DNA of 64,000 bases, taken from NCBI RefSeq assembly GCF_036321535.1, contig NC_087437.1, positions 14,882,001 to 14,946,000 of the forward strand, in the 5' to 3' direction. The notes under the pieces were generated by a model that saw only the letters and a list, made by a program, of their open reading frames with translations, was not told where the DNA came from and did not search any database. A program made the translations under genes and the position numbers. This document shows, piece by piece, positions 38,010 through 52,069 of this stretch. The stretch comes from Camelus dromedarius. Taxonomy: Eukaryota. How positions within the stretch are numbered: position 1 is the stretch's first letter; every line of letters starts with the position of its first letter.

Positions 38010-38044
38010 AACTTCTGGATGCCTGCACATTCCATGGAAATTAA
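38010..38044 (+). CDS. INHCA: ICA exon 17 coding part (ELLDACTFHGN*)
   Basis: ctcacag acceptor, LLxACxF C-terminal transferrin motif, TAA at 38042-38044. Confidence 0.94.
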
Positions 38045-38179
38045 AAACTGCTCAAAGTGGCAACCACTGAGATGCTCAGAACCCGTGGATGTGGTGGGAC
38101 CACATTCTCACTCATCTGTGTGGCGGGCCTGTGTTAATGTCAGTTATCTTTATAATTATGTACTGTAACTGATGCAAAA

Positions 38180-38185
38180 ATTAAA
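38180..38185 (+). terminator. Candidate ICA polyadenylation signal ATTAAA (alternative AATAAA at 38402-38407)
   Basis: Hexamer 136 nt after the stop codon, followed by T/GT-containing sequence; usage not demonstrable from DNA. Confidence 0.55.
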
Positions 38186-39712
38186 ATGAACGAAAATTAT
38201 TGTATCTTCTCAGAAAACTTCATGAAATGTTCTCAGATTTGAGGGTGGGAGAACTGTTTCTTTATACTAGAATTGCGCTTCTGAATGGAATATCTACTAA
38301 ATTACATCTTTTCTTAAGCCCCCTATAAGACGAGCTCAACTTCCCTCCCTATTCTTTAATTATTTTACCCAAGAGTGGACTCACTTAAATAGAATTTAAG
38401 CAATAAATCTGATGAGAGTCTGAGTGGTTGGTGATTACAAGTGTGCAAAAAAAAAAAAAAAAAGTCATCAATGTGTGCCGTATCAAGGACTTACACAGTG
38501 AAAACAAAGGATAAGGGATGAGTTTATGTATGTTAAAAATATATCTGAGCAGTTAAAATTCATAATGTCAAGTGGAATCAAAATCCTGATCAGATTAATT
38601 GAAAAATATTAAAATTACTGCAGGAATCCAATCCTACTACCCTTTTACAGTCAGCTTCCTGATTTACACTCGTTTAAGTCAGTTTCTTTTCAGAGATTTT
38701 GCCATCACTGTTATTACTGTGATCCCAGCCGATGGTGGAGACTCAGTAAATGCTGCCTGGGGACCTAAGTTATAGGTTGTTAAGTGTCGGTTTTGTGAGT
38801 GTGGACTTCTGCTTCTGCCTGTGGAAGATTAACCACTATAGGATTTGCCCTCTTTCCATAAACAACTGAAAAACTGGAAAAAATAATATGAAACAAATGT
38901 TTTCAAACATTGGACGATAACAGTGCAGGACTTTGATCCTTGAAAGAAGGAAAAGAGAAGATGTAAACAGAATGATAACTCCACTTTTAGCCTAGAGGAA
39001 ATCTCCAGATCACCACAAAGGGAGCATAAACACAAGACAGCCCATCACACTGAGATGAAGAAACAGGGATAGGAATTTGGGGACTGGAATTTGTACACAG
39101 AAGAGATCTGTATCGGGGTCTCCTTGAATCTTTGGCAAAATGCTGATCTGCCTGTGTGTAGAATGAAACTGAAGTCCATCAGGCTAGGCAAAGATAACTG
39201 TGAGAGACCCATAAGCTGAACAATGCTCAGGGCTCCCACGGGGCCAGGAATCATTCACGTTCCTACCAAGTCAGGTGAAGAGACCTCAGCGAACACCTAG
39301 CTTTTCACTGAAGGCATCTGGGGCTGAAATAATTGTAGACTAAGGGCTGCTCTAAAACGGCCCTTACTGAGAGTGACACTAACCCTGGTGGGATCAACTG
39401 GATCCGCAAGTCACTTGACTGCCTTCTAAAACAAACCTCAGTACTCACTAAAGGAAGACAACAAAATCCAAATATTCAACAGTGTAGCATACATAGTATC
39501 CAGCATCAAATGAAAAATTACCAGATGGGCAGAGATGCACAAAATGTGACTCAGAGTCATAAGGAAAACAAACAAATAGAAACATACCTAGAAACCACAA
39601 AGATAATGGTATTCAGACAACATTTAAACAGTTGTTACAAACAGGTCCGAGGATTTAAATGAAAACATGAACATAACAAAGAAAAAAGTGTAAGGTTTAA
39701 AAAAAAAAAAAC

Positions 39713-39830
39713 AATGGGGTTGGGTGGTAGAGCACCTGCTTAGCCTGCATGAGGTCCTTGGTTCAATCCCCAGTGCCTCCATTAAAAAATAAATTAAAAA
39801 CCTAATTACCTCCAAAAAAAAAAAAAAAGA
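39713..39830 (+). mobile_element. Vic-1-like SINE, degenerate 5' end
   Basis: ggtagagcacctgcttagcctgcatgaggtccttggttcaatccccagtgcctccattaaaaaataaa...poly(A). Confidence 0.82.
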
Positions 39831-39859
39831 ACCAATGAAAATCTAAAGTGGCAAAATTT

Positions 39860-41140
39860 TCGTTTCAAGGAATTTGTCTGTTTCACTTAAATTGTCTATT
39901 TTTGCCATAAAATTATTCAAAATATTTCTTTATTCTTCTTTTAATATTTATAGGATGTGTAGTGATATCTCTTCTTCCATTTTCATACTGGTCATTTGTG
40001 TTTTCTTGCTTCTTGTTTTTGATCAGTCTAGCTGTAGCTTTATCAATTTTCTTGTACTTTTCTTAGAGTGAATTTTTGGCTTTATAAAAATTTTCATTAT
40101 TGTTTATTTTCTATTTCATTTTCTGCTCTTAATCTTATTTCCTTTCTTCTACTTATTTTTCATTTAATTTTCTTTTTCTTAGATTCTTAAGGTACAAGCT
40201 TAGATCAATATTTAGAACATTTTACTCTAATATGGACATTTAAAATAATAATTTTCCCTTTAAGCACTACTTTAGCTGCATCCCACAAATTTTGATATGC
40301 TTATTTTCATTATCACTGAGGTAAAATCTTTCTAATTTTTTCAAAGATTTCTTCTTTAATCTGTTGATTATTTAAAAGCTATTTTAATTTCTAAATATGT
40401 CGTGATTTTCCAGATATGATTTTGTAATTGATTTCTAATTTAATTTTTTTGTGGGTAGAGGATATATATTCTGTATAACTTTAATCCCATTAAATTTATT
40501 GAGAGTTTGGGTTTTTTAGGTTTTTTTTTCCCCCAGCACATGGCCTATCTTGGTGGATGTTCTACATATACTTGAAAAGAATAGGTATTCTTAATTGTTT
40601 GGTGTAGTTCGCTACTAAGCAGTATAGTTCTATAAGTACCAATTAGGTCAAGCTGGCTAAAGTTATTGTTCAAATCCTCTGCTTGACTCATTTCCTGTCT
40701 ACTTTTTACATTAATTACTGAGAGAAGAGGATTGAACTCTCCAACTGCAAGTATGGATTTGCTCATTTCTCCCCCAGTTTGATCAGATTTTGCTTTCTAT
40801 ATGTGGAGGCTTTGTTGGGTACATACACGTTTAAGATGTTAGGCTTTCTTGATGAATTGACTCCCTTATCATTTTGAAATGTCCCCAGGTGTCCCGGAAA
40901 TACTTCTTCTCTTTAAGTCTATTTCACTGGCTATTAATATGTCCACTCTGCCTTTCTTATGATAGTTTGTATTTGGTGTATTGTTTTCCATTCTTTTAAT
41001 TTTAATCTATTTCTTTATATTAAGGAGGGTTTCTTATAAAGAGCATATAGTTCAGTTCTTTTTTCATTCAGTGTGACATTCTCTTCCTTTTTAAATGATG
41101 CATTTAGTTCATTTATATGTCATGTGATTGTTCATATTTG
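39860..41140 (-). mobile_element. Old L1 ORF2 (endonuclease-side) fragment, antisense
   Basis: Minus-strand ORF 40545-40766 (AVGEFNPLLS...DLNN..QLDL...YRT) matches the L1 EN domain pattern. Confidence 0.78.
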
Positions 41141-41380
41141 TTTTCTATCTATCTCATCTGTTCTTTGTTCCTTGCTTCCTCTTTTCTGCCTCCTATTGGA
41201 TTAATTGAATAGTTTCTAGTATTTTATTTTATCTTCTCTATTGGCTTATTAGCTATTCTTAAATTTTTCAATGTCTTCTCTGAGTTTTATAATCTCAATC
41301 TTTAGCTTAATACTAGCATCAAATAATGCTATATCACTTTGTGATACATAAGATCCTATATAGTACAGCTCCACTTTCCC

Positions 41381-41581
41381 CAGTGATGTGCGGATAAACA
41401 TTTAACAACTAGATCTTCAAGTTAAAAAAGGCCTTGATTTGTATCATTTGCTAGTTTCATGGAGTAAATACTCTGGCCATGGATGATCTCAAGCTACCAA
41501 AGGGACATCAACAAGTTCAGAGTTGAGAAGAGATACACACAGCTTTTGCGAGTCGACACAAGTTAGCTGCACTACCCACTG
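41381..41581. mobile_element. MER63-like hAT MITE
   Basis: CAGTGATGTGC...GCACTACCCACTG inverted termini; family assigned from recall. Confidence 0.6.
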
Positions 41582-44500
41582 ATATCCCTCTTCTGTCTTT
41601 TGTGCTCTCATTACCATACGTTCCACTGCTACATATGTTAGAAACTCCACGATGTATTTTTATTATTTTTTACATCCTGCCATCTATTATCTTTTAAAGA
41701 AATTTAAAAATGAAAAACAAAAATCTTTAAAATTTACCCACATCTTTACTGTTTGTGGCTCTCTCCACATTTCTGTGTAGGTTACAGAGTTTAGATATTT
41801 TGTGGGTACCTCTTTCTGGCATGCTTTCCTTGTCTGTAGGGATGTTATTTTTCTCCTGATTTATTATTTTTTGTAATAACTTTGTATAGTAATTGACCAT
41901 GGTACTGTCTATTACTCAATTCAAGGTGCAGTTTGAGCTTTTAGAACAAGGCTATTTTCAGGAAAGAGTTTCTTACTTTACAGAGACCCCTCTTCTGTTG
42001 TTTTGTGATTTATTCAAAAACATAGTAGCTTGCTTTCTTGGGTTTCTTGGTTTTATTCCTTTGTCTGCTTTGGTCTAAACCTTTTTTTTTTTTTTTTTTT
42101 TTACTTCATCCTCCTTGTTCCTTTCCTACACAAAGTTGACTCCACTTCCACCAATGTCTCTTGCACCAAATTGCTACAGATCATTTAGGTCCTCCTTGGG
42201 AAAGGTGTCTTCACGTCCAGTCCTAGGTTATCTCCCTGCAGGATGCCCCTAGGGAGCTACAGGCTTATGCTTGACACTGGGGCTTCTAGGCAGACTCTCT
42301 TCTAGAGTTTGACCTGCTACAGAGTTCTCAGGTTCTGCTGCCCAAAACCTCAGAGACTGTTGCCTCTGATGGACTTGAGTTTCTGCCACCAGTTTCCCCA
42401 CCAGGAGAGCCACCCTTGCAGTCTTGAGTGGCACAGACCCGAGGCAGAAGCCTGAAGTTCCTGGTCCACCAAGAACTTTTCCCCGGCACTAGAAAAGAGC
42501 CATCAAGTACCCTACCTTCACTTCCTCCCAATTCTAAGACTTAGAAAGAAGACTAAGGTAGATCATTAATGTTTAGTATTTCAACATGTTGGGGGTACTA
42601 ATGCGCCCCTTTGAGGATTAATAAAATCCTGAGACTCTCACCCTAGTAACACACACACACACACATGCACCCCTTGATGTACAATTTTTGTGTATTCATA
42701 GCTCCAGCCCAGTGATTCTTCTGCAAGCTCACATCACCCTCCCCTGGGGTGAAGGAGTTTAGATTAAGGAGCTACTTAATCCATTTTCAGGTCAATGCTA
42801 CCCTCTGGGGCTAATAAGTCTTGTTGCATATATAGACACATTTCATATATTTATGTAAAAGGCCTATCTGCAGAACATTTAGGGCAACTAAAAGGGTAAG
42901 ATAATTCAACTGCAGAAACCAAGAGTGGACACCAATTGACCACAAATCTGTGTAGGTCAGAGGTTTACTTTGGAACAGCTGAGAAGCGAGGTGGACTTTG
43001 CTAGACTTTTTCCATGGCGAGCCGGGACATCAATGGCGTTTGCCATTGGGACGGTAGAGGAAACTGTGACCTGTTTGTTTTACCCCAAGAGCACTAGACT
43101 CTGCTCAGCTTAACCAGCCCCTCCTCATGGGCCCACCGGAAGATCCCGGGACTTGGATTCTCTTGGCAAAAGAGCAATGGGAAGTGAAATCCCTAAATGA
43201 TCTTAGAAGACAATGTGAATGATACCTTCCAAGAAAGCGTGTCACAGGGTGGTGGGGATAGCTCAGGATGCTGAGCCCGAAGTCCTAGTTCTAGCTTTGT
43301 CTACTTTGCTGAGCACCCTACCAGTTATGTCCTCTGGCTGGGCTTCAGTTTTTCTGTCTGTAAAATGAGATCATTGTGCTAGATGCTCTTGCAGGGTGTG
43401 TTTTGCTCAAGGGCCCGCTAGCAATGGAAGAGGCCATAAAGAAATTATGTGGGGCCACTTCATTCATTCACTGGGCTGGCCGTTCTGTAATAATGATAGT
43501 CACTGCCATCTGTTGGTGACTGCTACCTGTCAGGCAGGACTAGCCCTTTAATAGCACTGTGAGTAATCTTCAAAATGACCTGAGGAGGTAGGTAACCATA
43601 TTCCTATTACTAAAGAGAAAGCAGATGCTAGGAATAGATTAGTAAGTTGTCCAGCATCATGTAGCTTCTAAGTGGCCTACGATTCAAACCCAGGAGTCTC
43701 TGACTCCAATTTCATACGCTTTTTATTCCACAGATCGTGCAAGACAACACCCAGTATCTGTCCTCAAGAATGGACAGGTGAATAAAAGGCATGCACAGTA
43801 TGCAGAGGCCTGAGGGACCTCTGGACAGATATTCCATCCTGGGACAGATGCCGCCTGTTTCACAATTTTGCCTGAAATCAACCCAGCCATGGGGCTCTAA
43901 ACTGTGCCCCTGGCCCTGACATCTAACCCCTCCCCATCTTTGCCATAAATGTCCAAGTGACCTGCAAAGAGCATGCCCGAGAAGACCAAATTCTCCTGCA
44001 TGCCTGCCTTTGATCAGGGACTTTCATTTATTTACACACGACAGTTTCCAGAGTCCACTCAGCTTCAGGGTCAGTGGCTTCTGTACCTATTTGCCTAGAG
44101 GCCAGCTGCAGCTGGGTTAGGTTGAACATTATACTGATAAGGAAAGGGTTTTCTTAGGAGGTTCTTTTGCTTGCAGAATGGAAATCTCTGGCTTTCGAAA
44201 CAAGGACAAATAGGCTCTAGTCTGTCCCATTACATTCTAGAAGAATGACTGAGTTGAGGGAAAGGAGCCCAGAGGTTTGTTTAATGGTGAAAAATGCTGA
44301 CCATCCTCTGTTCAGTTATTCCTCATTCTGCCCACGATCCTGCTCAGCCCTTCACAGTATACTGTGTGACTGTGGAGACAGGTAAAAAGCTCCCCTTTCT
44401 TTTCCTTTTCCCTGCTTTGTTCTCTTTCCTTCCCTTTTTTGTTCTTTTCTTCAGTTAAAAAATAGTTATTTGTTCTCCTCCTTTTCCTTGAGGTGGCCAG

Positions 44501-45072
44501 AGGCAGTGGAGCCTGAGAGACTGGGGCCAAGGGCAGCTGGAGGATCAGGAGATTGATTATACACAGAGGAAGGGAGCAAATAGTTAAAGATACTGAGAAT
44601 ATTGGGATCCAGCTTTCTCACTGCCAGAGAGAAGGGAGTTGCAAATATGAGGAGAAAGAAAACTAGATTTGCTGTGGTGTTCAGCTGGAATCGGAGGAAT
44701 CGGTGTGAACTCATGGTTGGAGAAAGAGACGGAAATGGATAGAGGTGTGTGTTATTATGGAGATCTGTGTCAATATCTATATATCTGTCTCTTGGGAGGT
44801 CCTACTGTCAGTTTATCTCCAAAGCAGTGACCACACCTAGCACCCACGTTTTGGTTCCCAAATACGATTCTGTGCTAAAAGGATAAAGTGTCTTAGAGAA
44901 ATGAGATTCCAGAAACAGAGATTACAAGAGCTGAGATAGAGACACTATGAGGTAAGCCTGAATGTCTTATTTTACCAAAAAGTGAAGTGCTTAAAAAATT
45001 ATCGGGCTTGTGAAAAATAGCAGGCTCGAGCCTGAAGGGCCACAACAATCTGATCATCAAAATAAGGGAAGA

Positions 45073-48000
45073 GGAGGATTCCTGGAAGATGGCAGAGTAT
45101 AAAGCACCAAGAATTTGTCTTCCCACCCAGACAATAATTACAGCAGTTGAATCTGTTTAATATAAGTATTTTTGAACTTTGGAGTCTATTAAAAGCTTCC
45201 AACTTCTAGGCGAAGGCTTAAAGGGTAAATTGCCATTAATTGCAGTCAATCTCAGTTCTTAGCTTGGCAGTGGCTACCCATCCCCCTCCTCCCTGCCTCA
45301 TGTCAGGTAGCTGCGCGTGTATTCCAGGAGCAGCTTGCACATAGCTTGTGAATCCAGGGTGGGCAATAAGGATTCTGTCGTGCAAATATTGGGGATCTGT
45401 GTTACGGTCATTGATTGCTGCTTCTGAACATGGAAGTGCAGATACAGAGGAGGGAAGTCATTGTTATTGCCCCTCCCCTCTTTGTTGCAAGACCTTCCTC
45501 CTCCAAGAGACTTCCAGAGGATTTAAAGGACTGACACCTTTTTATCCTCTCCACCCCCTTCATTTTTCTGTCTTTCTCCCTTTTGAGAGCCAGACCTTTA
45601 AGACTAGGGTATTCAAAAGCAAGTACATATTCAGAAGAAATTAGAAAGTCATGTGCATACCCAGGGGAAGGAACAGGATCAAAAATATATCAAAAGACCT
45701 TAAGTTTGTATTTCAGGCTGATCCTTGGCACAGAGATAGCCTACAGCAATAAAAACAAAACAAAACAAGACAAAACTGTAAACCCTGAGGAAGAAGGAGA
45801 ATCTGATTTTCAGAGTTACTATATTGTTAGATTCAAATCTCCAGTTTTCACAACAACAACACAAACACAAAGAATACAAAGAAATAGTACGGCCCATTCA
45901 ATGGGAGGAAAAAAACAAAACAGGAACTAGTCCTGGAAAAGACCTCTTGATGGATCTACTGGACAACAACTTTAAAATGACTGTTTTAAAAATGTTCAAA
46001 GAACTAAAAGGAGATGTGGAAAAGGTGGGGAAAAAAAGATGTATAAACAAAATGGAAATATCAATAATGAGATAGAAAATATAAAAAGAGAAACCTTAAA
46101 GAAATTCTGAAGCTAAAAAGTACAATAACTAAAATAAAAATTCAATAGAGGGGACTCAAAGGCATATTTCAACAAGCAGAAGAATCAGTGCACTGAAAGA
46201 TGGGACAATTAGAATGATTGAGTCTGAGGAATAAAAAGGAAAACATGGAGAAAAAGTGAACAAAGAATAAGGGAACTATGAGTCACCATAATGCAGAATA
46301 ACATATGCATTGTGGGAGTCCCAGAAGGACAAGAGAAAGGAGTGGAGAGAATATCTGAGGAAATAATGGTCAAAAGTTTCCTTGATTTGATGAAATATAT
46401 ATATTTTATTTATTTATAAATATATATAAATATTTATATTATATAAATATAACTCCAAAAAGCTCAACAAACACCAAGTAAGATGAACTCAGGACGTACT
46501 CTGAGACATATTTTAACCAAACTGTCAAAAGCCAAAGACAAAAAGATAATTTTAAATGCAGAAAGGGAGAAGCAACTCTTGACATACAAGGGATCTTCAA
46601 TAAGATTATAACAGAGTCCTCTTCAAAACCTTTGGTGGTCTGAAGGCTGTGGGCTGATTAGAGTGCTAAAAGAAAGAAAGAAAAAAAAACAAACACTGTC
46701 AATCAAGAATCCTATATCTGGCAAAGCTGTCCTTCAAAAGTGAGGGAGAAATTAAGACTTTCCCAGATAAACAAAATCTAGGGGAATTTGTTACCACTAG
46801 AACTGCCCTGCAAGAAACACTAAAAGGAGTCCTGCAGGTTGAAATCAAAGGACACTAGACAACAACTTGAAGCCTTCTGCAGAAATAAAAATCACAGTAA
46901 AGGAAAATACACTAGAGATTATAAAAGCTAGTATTATTGTAACAATACTCGGGTGCAACTCTCCATATTGTTTTCTACGTATATAAGAGACCAATGCATA
47001 AAAAATTATTAGTTTGTGTTTTCAGACACAATGTGTAAAGATGTAATTTTATGACATCAGACAACTGAAAGGGGTGGAGAGTGGAGCTGTAAAGAAGCAT
47101 TTTTGTGTGTTATTCAAGTTAAGATAGCATAAATTCAAATTAGAGTGTTATAACTTTGGGATGTAATTTCCATTAGTGAGCATGAGGAAAATAGCTCAGA
47201 ATACACACAAGAAAATGAGAGGAAAATTAAAATGTTTCACTACCAAAAGAATCAACTAAACACAAGAGAAGACACGAATGCTGGAAATGAGAAGCAAGCC
47301 AAAAAAAGCTATAAGGCGTATAGAAAACAAATAGTACTATGACAGAAGTCCCTCTTTATCAGTAATTTCTTTCAATGTAAATAGATTAAATTCTCCAATC
47401 AAAGACAGAAATTAGCAGAATGGGAAGAACACATGATCCAATAATACACTGTCTATAAGAGACTTACTTTGGTCCAAAGACACAAATAGATTGAATGTGA
47501 AATGGTGGAAGAAAATATTCCATGCAAATAGTAGCCAAAAGAGAACAGTGTTGGCTATAATAATATTCGACAAAATAGACTTTAAATTTAAAAGCTTTAA
47601 AGAGATAAAGAAGGACATTATGCATTAATAAAAGTTTCAATACAGCAAAAATATATAATAATTACAAACATTTACAAACCTAATAATAGACCACCAAAAT
47701 ATATGAAGCAAAAATCAACAGAATTGGAGGGAGAAATAGTTGTACAATAATAGTTGGAGATGTCAATACTCTACTCTCAGTAACGGACAGAATAACCAGA
47801 TAGAAGGTAAGCATGGAAACAGAGGACATTAACAATTCATTAAACCAACTAGATCAGACATACAGAACACTCTACCCAACAATAACAGAATATACATTCT
47901 TCTCAAGTGAACATGGGACATTTTCCAGGATAAACCATATATTAGGCCACACATTAAGTCTGAATAGATTTTAAAAGATAGCTATAATACAGAGTATCTT

Positions 48001-50642
48001 CTGACCACAACAGAATGAAGTTAAAACCAATTAACAAGAGGAAAATTGGAAAATTCCCAATTTTGTGGAAGTAAAACAATATACTCTTACACAACCAATG
48101 GAACAAAGGAGAAATCACAAGTGAAATTAGACAATCCCATGACCAAGTGGGATATATTTCCGTGATGCAAAGACAGTTCTACATATGCAAATTGATCAGT
48201 GTAATACATCACATTAACAAAATGAAGGAAAAACCCCATGTGATCATCTAAATTGAAGTAGAAAAAGCTTTTGACTAAACCCAACAGTCTTTCATTGAAA
48301 AGAATCACTCAACAAACTAGGAATAGACGTAAACTAACTCAACAAAATAAAAGCCATAAATGGAAAAACCCACAGCAGAAATCATACTCAATAGTGAAAG
48401 ACTGACAGCTTTTCCTCTAAGATCATGAACAAGGCAAGGATGCTTATTTTCACAACTTTTGTTAAACACAATAATAGAAGTTCCAACCAGAGCAGTTAGG
48501 CAAGAAATAAAAATAAAGGCACCCAAACTGGAAAGGAAAAAGTAGAATTATCTCTGCTGGCAGATAGAATCTTTTATGTAGAAAACCCTAATGATTCTAC
48601 CAAAAAAAGTGTTACAACTAATCAATAAATTCAGCAAAGTAGCTGGATACAAAATCAACCCACAAAAATGAGTAGCTTTTCTTTTTTAAAAAATGTTTTT
48701 GTTTGTTTGGGGGGAGGTAATTAGGTTTATTTATTCATTTTAATGCTCTACCACTGAGCTATACCCTCCCCCTCTCAGCTGCTTTTCTATATAACAAGGA
48801 ACAAGCCAAAAAGGAATTTAAGAAAACCAATTCATGATAGTTTCAAAAAGATGCTTAGAATTATCTTGACCAAAGAGGTGAAAGACTTGCACAATGAGAC
48901 TACAAAACACTACTAAAAGAAGTTAAAGAAGACATAAAATAAATGTAAAGACATTCCAAGTTTAGAGATTAGAAGACTTAACATTGTTATGATGTCAATA
49001 CTACCCGAACAATCTACCGATTAAACGCAATCCCTATCAAAATTCCAATGACATTTTTTAAGAAATAAAAAAAAAATCCTAAAATGCATATGGAATCTCA
49101 AGTGATCCTGAATGGCCAAAACCCCCTTAAATAAGAAAAAGCTGGAGGACTCACATTTCCTGATTTCAAAACATACCTACAAACATAACATTCTATGTTA
49201 CAGATATCAAAAGAGCATGGCACTGGCACACAGACAGACATAGACCAAAGGCATAGGATGGAAAGGCCAGAAATAAACACTGGCATATAAGGTCAAATGA
49301 TTTTCCACAGAGGGCCCAAGTTATTCAGTGGGTGACAGGACAGTCTTTTCAACAAACTGTGCTAAGAAAACTGGATATAAACATGCAAAAGAATGAAGTT
49401 GGACTCACACCTAATACCATATGAAAATTACCTCAAAATTATTGAAAGACCTAAATTTAAGCCCTAAAAGTATAAAATGCTTAGGAGAAATCATAGGGCA
49501 GAGGCTTCATGACATTGGCCCTGGCAGTGATTTCTTGGATGTGACATCAAGGTACAGGCAACAAAAGCAAAAACAGACAGATTGAACTTAATGAAAATTA
49601 AAACTTTTGTGCATCAAAAGACACTATAAGCAGTGAAAAATAACCCATAGGATGGGAGAAAAATATTTGCATATCAGATAACTGACACAGGACTAATATC
49701 CAAAATAAATAGAAAACTCCTAAAACTCAGCTACAGAAAAATAAACAACCAATTCAAAAATGGGCAAAGGACTTGAATAGAATTTTTCTGAAAAGAAATT
49801 ATATGAATGGTCAATAGGCACATGAAAAGATGCTCAACATCACTAATAATTAGGGAAGTACAAATCAAATCTACATTAAGATACCATCTCCTATCCACTG
49901 GAATGATAGTATCAAAAAACCAGAAAGTAGTAAGTGTTGGTAAAGATGTGGATACATTAAAACGCTGCTGGTCTTAATCAACCCACTGCTGGTGGGAATG
50001 TAAAATGGTACAGCCATTGTGGAAAACAGTATGGAGTTCCCTCAAAAAAATTAGAGAATTACCTTATGATCCAGAAATTCCACTTCTGAGTATATACCCA
50101 AAAGAATTGAAAGCAGGGTCTCGTAGAGATATTTACACACCCATGTTTATAGAAGTACTATTTGCAATAGCTAAAATGTAGAAGCCACCCAAGCATCCAT
50201 TCTTAGATGAATGGATAAGCAAATATGATCTATACATACAATGGAATATTTTTATTATTCAGCTTTTAAAAGGAAGGAAATTATTGACATATGCTACAGC
50301 ATGGAAGAAGCTAAGACATTACAGTAAGTGAAGTAAGTCAATCACAAAAGGCAAATATTGTATGATTCCACTTAAATGAAATACTCAGAGTAATCAAAAA
50401 TCACAGAGACAGAAAGTAAAGGGGTGATTGCCAGGGTCTGGCAGTAGAGGAAAATGAGGAATTATTGTTTACTGTTTTATTACTGAATTATTGTTATAGA
50501 GTTTCAATTTCATAGCTTGAAGAATTCCGGAGATGGATGACGGTGACAGTTTGCACAATATGAATATATTTAATACCACTGAACTGTACACTCAAAAATA
50601 ATTAAGATGATAAATTTCATGTTATGTATATTTTAGCACAAT
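45073..50642 (+). mobile_element. Formerly full-length, decayed L1 (5'UTR, ORF1 and ORF2 remnants, 3'UTR) with an internal ORF2 deletion
   Basis: AAGATGGC 5' motif at about 45087, ORF1-like tract about 45900-46860, EN start about 47340, RT motifs from 48132, 3' end about 50642. TSD-like aaataagggaaga (45060-45072) / aaataatgggaaga (50643-50656). Confidence 0.85.
48683..48773 (-). mobile_element. Internally deleted Vic-1-like SINE nested in L1 ORF2
   Basis: Minus strand GGGGAGGGTATAGCTCAGTGGTAGAGC is joined directly to the ATTAAAA tail; flanks agtagcttttct / agctgcttttct. Confidence 0.78.
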
Positions 50643-50656
50643 AAATAATGGGAAGA

Positions 50657-51705
50657 AAGGAATGATAGTAGAGTATTATATATAACCCACTGAGTAAAAA
50701 AGAAACCCTTACATCCATGTTGATAAAAACAAACAAAAGGAAATAAAAAATTAAATAGAGAAGAGAAACACTCATTTACTTTAGAATGTCAATCGATAAA
50801 TATACAAGGAATGATATAATCAGAAAACCACTACTTGGCAACCAGTATGGTAATAATTGATTCAGGCCAGAACCATCAATGAATGCTAAAACGGGGGGAT
50901 GAAACTCTGATGAGGAAAAAAATATTAAGTAGTCTCAAAATACCTCCCTACAAACTGCTCATTAATTACAAAGGGAAATTTACAGTGTGGAAACCTGTCA
51001 GATACCACTTTGACCAAGCAGAGGTAACAGAAGTGATAATGGATGCGTTACTATTGCGCTCCTTCTAATGCAACACCCTGAGAAGAACCCAGCATCATTT
51101 CTGTGATCTTACTGCCAGAAATGCACACGCTGAGTCAAATCATGAGGCAATTTCACACAAACTCAAACTGAGAGACTTTCTACAAAATTCTGCTAAATAC
51201 AAAATAGTATGTCAAATCACACTGCAAGGGTCCACATCATTCAAATCCAGAATCTTGGAAAGGAGAAAACGATGCAGTTTCTTCAGTGAGTAAGTAGCAT
51301 AAAAGGTAGGAGGGCTGTTTTAGAGTAAAAGAGATTTAAGAGATACCACCAATTCAACACCTGGATCTTTTTTTAGTCTCTAATTTGAACAAGGTATCAA
51401 AAAGATTTTTTAGACAACCAGGGAAATTGACTTGGATGGTAATAGGGAATAACTGTTCATTTTGACAAGTGTAATAAATGCAGTATGGTCATACATAAAA
51501 AAAACTGCTGAGCTGTTAGAGATGCATACTTTTGAGGGAGAAATAATATGACGTCTGTTATTCCAGGAAAAAAAGAAGTGGGTGGATGGATGATAGAAGG
51601 TTGGCAAAATACTGACAATTGCTGAAGTTGAGTAAGATGTGCATGTGAGTTTATTTCATAATTTTCTCTACTTCTGTGTATATCTGAAATTTTTCATATA
51701 TATGT
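50657..51705 (+). mobile_element. L1MC-like 3' fragment (apparently continuous with 44760-45060, split by the younger L1)
   Basis: L1MC-type 3'UTR tracts on both sides of the TSD-bounded L1. Confidence 0.6.
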
Positions 51706-52069
51706 AAAAGAAGGAGGAAGAGGAGAGAAATCTGAAATATAACTTAAACTATAGCTAGTCAAGAGGTTAATTTACTTCTTAATGTGGAAACATTGGAATA
51801 AACATTAGAACTATATAACAATTGTGGTGGATATAGGTCTACAAATACTTATTTAGTAGACTATTAATAATTTTCACTCATACTAACAGTCCAGTATCAA
51901 GCTACAGGAAGAACTTAGATAATTTTACTGATAATGAACACCTGAATTGGATAGACAAAGCAATTATATTTTAGATGTCAGTACTTAGAGTTAGACAGAA
52001 AAGTTCAGAAAAAATCAAATACATTCTGTTCTTATCTTGATATGCTACAACCTACACAACCAACCAAAT

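Noticed and set aside
38447..38463. Genomic poly(A) after ICA as a sign of retroposition
   Set aside because: The gene has all 16 introns. This is a simple A-run, although it could cause internal oligo-dT priming.
45073..50642. Active L1
   Set aside because: No long ORF in the track, many stops and frameshifts, an internal deletion and a nested SINE.
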